From contig JBIKWF010000071.1 of the NCBI GenBank assembly GCA_044356455.1, forward strand, positions 1-21,210: 21,210 bases of DNA. Direction: 5' to 3'. The notes beneath the pieces were generated by a model. That model did no database searches. It saw only the letters and a program-made list of their open reading frames with translations, and was not told where the DNA came from. The first letter of the stretch is position 1. Every line of letters begins with the position of its first letter. Positions 16,118 through 21,210 of this stretch are shown here, one piece after another. This DNA is from Bdellovibrionota bacterium (GTDB lineage: Bacteria > Bdellovibrionota_C > UBA2361 > JBGSMV01). The position numbers and the translations under genes were made by a program.

Positions 16118-17341
16118 ATGACAGAGGGTAAAGACGAAGCTCCCGAGAAGGGGGCCCCGGTGAGCAAGCCTAAGGCGCTTTCTCCCTTCGCTCCTCCCCA
16201 TAATATTGGAGAAGACAACTCCTTTGAGTTGTGTGCCGCCTCTGCGAGAAGTCTGCGGTGCGAAAGTTTCACCTCCAAGCAGCGTCAAATCGATCTCGAA
16301 ATCTTAGATTTAATAGCCCAGAGAAGAACCTTGTGTATCCACGAGGCCATTGCGCGGACTGCGGCAGGGTCTGACCTTTCTTTATCCCTCAAGCCTGCTG
16401 AAACAGCCCTCCAAGAATTAATTGAAGCTGGTCGCGTGCGCGGGCTTGATCTCGCAATGGTGGAGCAGGTTTTTCACGAAATCGTCTCAGACAGTGAGCG
16501 CGCATTCCAAGGTGCCGCTGCCTCCGCACTCGCCGAGCCGCGTGTGAGTCAGACGGTACTGCGCATCGCGCGCCACAAGCACGTACCTGAGTTCGTTACG
16601 AGCAGCCTGCTCGCACGCGTGTGTGGTATTCCCGGCGCCGTGGGAGATGAAAGGCAGACGGCGGACGTCCCTTCAACCTTTGAACTTGTCTCGACCGGGG
16701 CTGTGATCGCCGGGTTCGTGCGTTGTGATGTCTCGCGTTTTGAAGAGCTGGCGCGAGTTGTTGAGCTTCTCTTAGCTACGGGGCTCACCGTCGTTTATCG
16801 TGCGCTGCTTTCTGGCGGTCAAAACGACGAAGACGCAGCGGTAGCTGATGCCTTACCCGCGGAAACGGTGCTCGTGGTAGCGAAAGAACTACTCGTCGTC
16901 CCTACCCACGCGAGCTGGGCTTCGTGGCTCTTTCTTAGGGTACCAGAAACGCGTTCGGTGCAGTCCACAGACATACTGATTCGCGCACTTCTTACGGCGA
17001 GGCAGTATCGCCTCGACACGCGCCATCTTCACTCCTTTCCAGGTATGAGCTACGAAGGGTTTAGTTACCTGCGTGACGCAGAGGGACTTGAAACGCGCCC
17101 CCATTACTCGCAGCGCGGGTCTCGGGCCTTTCTAATTGATGCGCATCGCAGCCCCGGCCCCGAGCAGCTCGATCAACTGGTGAGTGCCCTTTTGGAATTG
17201 GGCTGCTCTGCTCAAGTGCTCGGGTGTATGCCTCGTTTGGAAGGCGTAACGAGCGGGTACCTTAGGGAGAACCCCATACAGCGCTCGACCACAAGGATTG
17301 CTGCTTTGTCGACCTCACGAAGCAAACCACTCGGGGATTAG
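16118..17341 (+). CDS. Divergent PheA (P-protein)-like protein: chorismate mutase-like + partial PDT-like + ACT-like domains, catalytic motifs degenerate
   Basis: CM-like IDLEILDLIAQRR...GLDLAMVEQVFHEIVSDS; PDT-like STFELVSTGAVIAGFV...VELLLATGLTVV; ACT-like LIRALL...LHSFP...FLID...QVLGCMP. Aligned by eye to the E. coli PheA pattern from memory. Confidence 0.65.
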   Translation: MTEGKDEAPEKGAPVSKPKALSPFAPPHNIGEDNSFELCAASARSLRCESFTSKQRQIDLEILDLIAQRRTLCIHEAIARTAAGSDLSLSLKPAETALQELIEAGRVRGLDLAMVEQVFHEIVSDSERAFQGAAASALAEPRVSQTVLRIARHKHVPEFVTSSLLARVCGIPGAVGDERQTADVPSTFELVSTGAVIAGFVRCDVSRFEELARVVELLLATGLTVVYRALLSGGQNDEDAAVADALPAETVLVVAKELLVVPTHASWASWLFLRVPETRSVQSTDILIRALLTARQYRLDTRHLHSFPGMSYEGFSYLRDAEGLETRPHYSQRGSRAFLIDAHRSPGPEQLDQLVSALLELGCSAQVLGCMPRLEGVTSGYLRENPIQRSTTRIAALSTSRSKPLGD

Positions 17342-17345
17342 CGCC

Positions 17346-17422
17346 TAGGGGTGTGGGTCCCGTTGCCACCACAACATGTAGTGGTAGAAATTTTTTACGG
17401 GACAGACTCCTACAGACTCCTA
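17346..17422. mobile_element. MITE/REP-like remnant between the convergent PheA-like and ndvB genes
   Basis: Degenerate left arm TAGGGGTGTGGGTCCCGT (17346-17363), right arm TACGGGACAGACTCCTA (17396-17412), and a tandem duplication of CAGACTCCTA (17403-17412, 17413-17422). Confidence 0.45.
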
Positions 17423-19968
17423 GGCCCGCGTGTACTGAGCACCGAAGCGACGACTGATGCCGCGTAAGGAATGCCTTGAATGCAAAGTGCAGCGCTCCAA
17501 AGAATTGCCGCGTCATTCTCGAGCCCAAAGACGACAAGAATTCCGGAGGCAAGCCCTATGAGCAGAGTAAGAAGCAATCCTTCCTCCCACACACTCACTA
17601 AGCTCTGCACCAAGCGCGGGGCACTTGCCATTTTCGGAGTTCGGTAAAACGGCAGTCCAGAAGTAAAGAGTCCCTGAAATACCGCTTTTGCTATCGCGTG
17701 AGTTAAAGAACCTCCTGCGACCATCGCAAGCAAAGTACGTTCAGACCCAATCCGAACTCTATGCGCATACGTCCACGCGGTACCCAGCAGGCGCAGCACG
17801 ACAAGACCGAGCGCCGGCACAATAAAGATGGCTTCAGGAAAGTCAGTTTCTAGCGGCTTCCATACAAGAAGTACGCTCCAAACTATCGCTGCTGCAGTAA
17901 AAAACATGTGGAGTGCATCCCCAATCCACGGCAGCCAGCCTTTAAGGAATTGATACCGCTGCTCCCTCCTTAGACGCCCGCGAAACCCGAGCAGCTCAGG
18001 TAAATACCGGCGCAGAATTCTCATTCCTCCGTAGGCCCAGCGAAAGCGTTGCTTCTTGTAGGCTTCATAGCTATCGGGGACCAAGCCACGTCCGAACGGG
18101 TGATCGATGTATACGGTGCTCTTTCCAAGATTCAGAAGCCTCAGGCCAAGCTCTGTGTCTTCAGTGATGCACCATTCAGCCCACCCTCCGAGCGCATCAA
18201 GCAAAGGTCTCCTTACGAGCGTCATGGTGCCATGCTGAATAATGGCGTTGTCTTCGTTGCGCTGGACCATGCCGATACGAAAGAAGCCGGCATACTCATC
18301 ATTTGCCATCTGCTCAAAGAGACTATCTTCGACGTCGCGGTGCTCTTGAGGGCATTGCACGACAGCTACCTCGGCATCAGAAAAGTATGGCGTAGTAGAG
18401 CGAAGCCAAGAAGGGTCGACCACATAATCTGCGTCGACGACCCCAATAACCTCGGCTTCGGGCGCCGTTTTGGAAAGTCCAAAATTGAGCGCACCCGCTT
18501 TAAATCCAGGCCACTTCCCTAAGCTAAAAAATCTAAAACGCGATCCTAACTCAGCGCAGCGCTTCTCAACGGGGCGCCAAAGCGCCTCATCGGGAGTGTT
18601 ATTGTCAATGACAAGTACCTCAAGGCGAGGATAGTCGAGTTTCGCCAGGCTCTCGATAGTTTGAATGACAAGCTCTGGCGGCTCTCGGCAACAGGCGACG
18701 TGCAGAGAAACCATGGGCAGCTTGTCCTCGGGAAATGTGGGGGCGGCAGGGCCAAATTTTCGGCGCAAGGGCCGTCTTCCGACCACGTCCGCAATTTCCG
18801 CCGTGTCTGTCAGGAAAATAATAGCGAGCAGAGCATGCGCGGCGACAGTTATTGTCCAAAAGACGATGTCGCCGGGAGAGAGGTATTCGCCCGAAGCTTC
18901 CCGCGCGAGCTGCGTGACACTACTTGCCACCCCTTGAAGCACAAGCGCTGAGAAAAGCTGCGCCCTTTTCCCCAGATCCGGGCGCCGAGTGAAGAAAACT
19001 ATCATGCCAACGAGCCCAATCAGCATGGAGGAGATCATCCAAAGTTCCCAATTGGGATCTCCAAGTACGGTGCCCGTGAAAGGAAACTTATCCTCCCGGT
19101 TCGCATTCATTATACCAAAATGCTCACCCGCCTTGCCTTCAAGCGCGCTCTTCCAGGGCTGATCGAACGCTTCTATGACGTTATAAAGCACCTTCTCTTT
19201 GTTGGCGCGCTGAACGAATTCGCGCACAAAAGTCGCTTGGTTTTCTAAAGAGGCTTGAGCCGCGCCGCGCTGGGGCCCTTCGCTCGGCCAGCCCGCTTCT
19301 GCAATTACGATTACTCTGCCCGGAAAGCGCTCCTGCACTGCGCGATATTTTTCAAAGACATAATCAACGGCGCTCTCAATGGGCACCTCCATCCAGTAAG
19401 GCAGGATGTGGATGGCAATAAAATCGACGTGATCGGCGAGGTCTGGATGCTGGAGCCAAAAGTCCCAAGGCTCCGCAGTTGAAACAGGGGTGCGCAGCCG
19501 CTTACGCGCTTTGTCGAGGTAGCCCTTGAGTTCTTCAAAAGGCACGGTGTTCTTGAGCTGCGTTTCGTTTCCAATGATGAGGCGCTTCACCGAGCGATTG
19601 CGCCCCGCCATCTGTATTGCGGCCTCAACCTCGGCAGCATTAAGCTCCGGGTCTCCCCCAAGCCAAGCAGAGGCAATCAAAGTAAGTCCCTTGGCATTTG
19701 CCCATCCGGGTACTTCCTCTAGGCCCTTCGCATTATAAAGACGGATGGATTTTGATTTGCGAGCAAGGATCTCAAGATCAGATTGAATCGCCTCAGGCGA
19801 CGGCACATCCGCTCGAAACGGGCTCTGATTCCTCTGATACGGATTGTAGGATAATCCCTGGATAGGAAACTGGGACTCCTCAGGCGAGACAGGGAGGTTG
19901 AAGAGCACCCAGAGCCCTAGGTTACCCAGGACAACCGACAGTACTACAAACAGAAGGGATGTTCTCAT
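17410..19968 (-). CDS. ndvB: NdvB-type (cyclic) beta-1,3-glucan synthase: periplasmic GH17 domain fused to membrane GT2
   Basis: GH17 motifs IGNE, HILPYW, IAEAGWPS and EAFDQPWK; TM helices; GT2 motifs DNNT, KAGALN, VDADY, QCPQ, TEDTELG and QRFRW. Architecture matches Pseudomonas/Bradyrhizobium NdvB. Confidence 0.88.
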   Translation of the reverse strand: MRTSLLFVVLSVVLGNLGLWVLFNLPVSPEESQFPIQGLSYNPYQRNQSPFRADVPSPEAIQSDLEILARKSKSIRLYNAKGLEEVPGWANAKGLTLIASAWLGGDPELNAAEVEAAIQMAGRNRSVKRLIIGNETQLKNTVPFEELKGYLDKARKRLRTPVSTAEPWDFWLQHPDLADHVDFIAIHILPYWMEVPIESAVDYVFEKYRAVQERFPGRVIVIAEAGWPSEGPQRGAAQASLENQATFVREFVQRANKEKVLYNVIEAFDQPWKSALEGKAGEHFGIMNANREDKFPFTGTVLGDPNWELWMISSMLIGLVGMIVFFTRRPDLGKRAQLFSALVLQGVASSVTQLAREASGEYLSPGDIVFWTITVAAHALLAIIFLTDTAEIADVVGRRPLRRKFGPAAPTFPEDKLPMVSLHVACCREPPELVIQTIESLAKLDYPRLEVLVIDNNTPDEALWRPVEKRCAELGSRFRFFSLGKWPGFKAGALNFGLSKTAPEAEVIGVVDADYVVDPSWLRSTTPYFSDAEVAVVQCPQEHRDVEDSLFEQMANDEYAGFFRIGMVQRNEDNAIIQHGTMTLVRRPLLDALGGWAEWCITEDTELGLRLLNLGKSTVYIDHPFGRGLVPDSYEAYKKQRFRWAYGGMRILRRYLPELLGFRGRLRREQRYQFLKGWLPWIGDALHMFFTAAAIVWSVLLVWKPLETDFPEAIFIVPALGLVVLRLLGTAWTYAHRVRIGSERTLLAMVAGGSLTHAIAKAVFQGLFTSGLPFYRTPKMASAPRLVQSLVSVWEEGLLLTLLIGLASGILVVFGLENDAAILWSAALCIQGIPYAASVVASVLSTRGPRSL

Positions 19969-20224
19969 CGGACAAAAACCTGGGAGGAAAACTTGGATAA
20001 TTCTGTTGGGTTATATCACTTCGAGGAGCCGAAGGGGAGTCGTGAGGCAGGAAATCGAGGAGCTCCTACCTAAGAAAATTTCCGCCGCGACAGGTTGTGG
20101 TGGCAGCGGGGAATTCTCCTAGGCAGGGAGGCTTTGACTCGCAGTCTCGGGCACTTGTCTCCCCCCCCCTTGTTCCTTTAGCATGCGGGCGATTGCTGGC
20201 TGGAATTACGTTAGGAGCCTTTCT

Positions 20225-20911
20225 ATGAATCTCTCCCCTTCGTGCGCTCGTTTTTTTACCCATGCCTTTTTACCAACCTGCGCCTTTGTGGTTTCCGTGG
20301 GGCTGCAACTTTTTCCAAACGCTTCAATTGCGTTGGCTGAAGAATTTTCAGGTTCAGCGATTTATCAGACGCCGATGGCAGCTCGCTCGGATGATGTCCA
20401 AGAGTTCGATACTAATGGGGACGGTGTTCCTGACCTTGTTCTGCCCGCCGCTCGCTGCAACGAAGGGACTTTTAAGCCTACTATTTGTTGGCAGGATATT
20501 CCGAGCACGGTCAAATATCGCCCTACGCTCGAAGCCTGCGGGGGTGATGCCGCAATTCTTCTTTCCGGAGCTTTTGCAAATGCCTACAGTGTGGTGCTCA
20601 GGGACCGCGCTAACCGTGATCGCTTTCCGCCCTGTGTTAGAGGTGGAAGTAACTATGGTGGATGCAGCTACTTTCAATGCGACACCCAAGGCCTGAATCG
20701 CTGCAGCGCCTTTAAGTGTCAGAAAGTAATTAAACGTGGCGCCGGAAGGAGGCGTGAGCAAATTTGCTGTCTAGGCGATTCTGGTAATTCATCGGTGCTG
20801 TCGAAGGCGACCCGCATGACCATTAAGCTTAGGGACGTTCCTGGCTCGAATCTTGATCCCCTTGTTCGTCTTGCGCTTAAGAACAATAACCCAACCTTGC
20901 GCTTGAACTAG
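20225..20911 (+). CDS. Secreted cysteine-rich hypothetical protein with a DxNxDG Ca-binding-like motif
   Basis: ATG 20225 with SD AGGAG; signal-like N-terminus ending ASIALA; DTNGDGVPD; 10 Cys in the predicted mature part. Confidence 0.75.
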   Translation: MNLSPSCARFFTHAFLPTCAFVVSVGLQLFPNASIALAEEFSGSAIYQTPMAARSDDVQEFDTNGDGVPDLVLPAARCNEGTFKPTICWQDIPSTVKYRPTLEACGGDAAILLSGAFANAYSVVLRDRANRDRFPPCVRGGSNYGGCSYFQCDTQGLNRCSAFKCQKVIKRGAGRRREQICCLGDSGNSSVLSKATRMTIKLRDVPGSNLDPLVRLALKNNNPTLRLN

Positions 20912-21084
20912 TTTTGGATTGCCAGGTGTGTCTTTCAGGGTATTTCTCCTAGTAGGGGTGGGGGTAGTCGCTATCACCCATGGAGTAAAGTCCCAATCCT
21001 TTACTTGACTTGCTCTGGGACGTCTGGGCTTTCGAGCGCACTTATCAAAGACCGCAATCCGGGTTCGGCGCACTGCTCTACCTC

Positions 21085-21120
21085 TAGGAGTCTGTCCCGT
21101 AGGACGGGCCAGACTCCATA
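21085..21120. repeat. Palindromic MITE/REP-like element, same family as 17396-17412
   Basis: GGAGTCTG-t-CCCGT-agg-ACGGG-c-CAGACTCC. Positions 21085-21101 (TAGGAGTCTGTCCCGTA) are the exact reverse complement of 17396-17412. Confidence 0.7.
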
Positions 21121-21210
21121 GGTACAGCGCTCCCCGAAGGTCGCGCGGGTGAAGTAATAGATTTTATAGTCTTACGCGCCTAATTTTTAGGCTTCTTTCC
21201 AATACATCAG

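Noticed and set aside
17368..17385. ACCACAACATGTAGTGGT resembles an NrdR box
   Set aside because: It is a single copy between two convergent stop codons, inside the MITE-like remnant, with no nrd gene or promoter nearby.
20161..20169. C9 homopolymer in the divergent region between ndvB and the Cys-rich gene (phase variation?)
   Set aside because: It is not clearly within a promoter spacer or CDS, and length variation cannot be shown without reads.
21041..21060. CTTATCAAAGA resembles the start of a SAM-I riboswitch; nearby pieces faintly resemble RNase P or group I intron motifs
   Set aside because: The remaining conserved core elements of these RNAs are absent.
20789..21210. 94-aa minus-strand ORF (20789-21073) and a possible partial gene at the window edge
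   Set aside because: The ORF overlaps the Cys-rich gene and has no motifs. All minus frames from 21210 stop within 15 codons, so any incoming gene end cannot be identified.

Overview
Bacterial chromosomal window of moderately high GC. The sigma54-driven hook operon, Hanks kinase and MeaB loosely suggest a flagellated deltaproteobacteria-like lineage (low confidence). It holds 16 well-supported CDSs, in order: sppA; a FliK-C-domain paralogue; a multi-TM Ser/Thr kinase; an acyl-CoA dehydrogenase-like subunit; a DUF59/SufT-like protein; a NUDIX hydrolase; an M20 peptidase; a secreted tandem-domain protein; a histidine kinase with a pseudo-receiver; meaB; flgE, flgD and fliK (a minus-strand operon behind a near-consensus sigma54 promoter); a heavily degenerate PheA-like (CM-PDT-ACT) protein; an NdvB-type GH17-GT2 glucan synthase; and a secreted Cys-rich protein. 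No rRNA, tRNA, CRISPR array or transposase was recognised. The most notable observations are: (1) an intact PheA-shaped ORF that has lost its catalytic motifs and part of the PDT domain; (2) three equally spaced sigma28-like promoters ahead of the FliK paralogue, the membrane kinase and the pseudo-receiver histidine kinase, suggesting a late-flagellar signalling set; (3) a 17-nt MITE-like inverted-repeat end found on both sides of ndvB plus the Cys-rich gene; (4) a ~180-nt structured intergenic element; and (5) a second family of 9-nt-period palindromic repeats. All calls come from reading the sequence; no searches were run.
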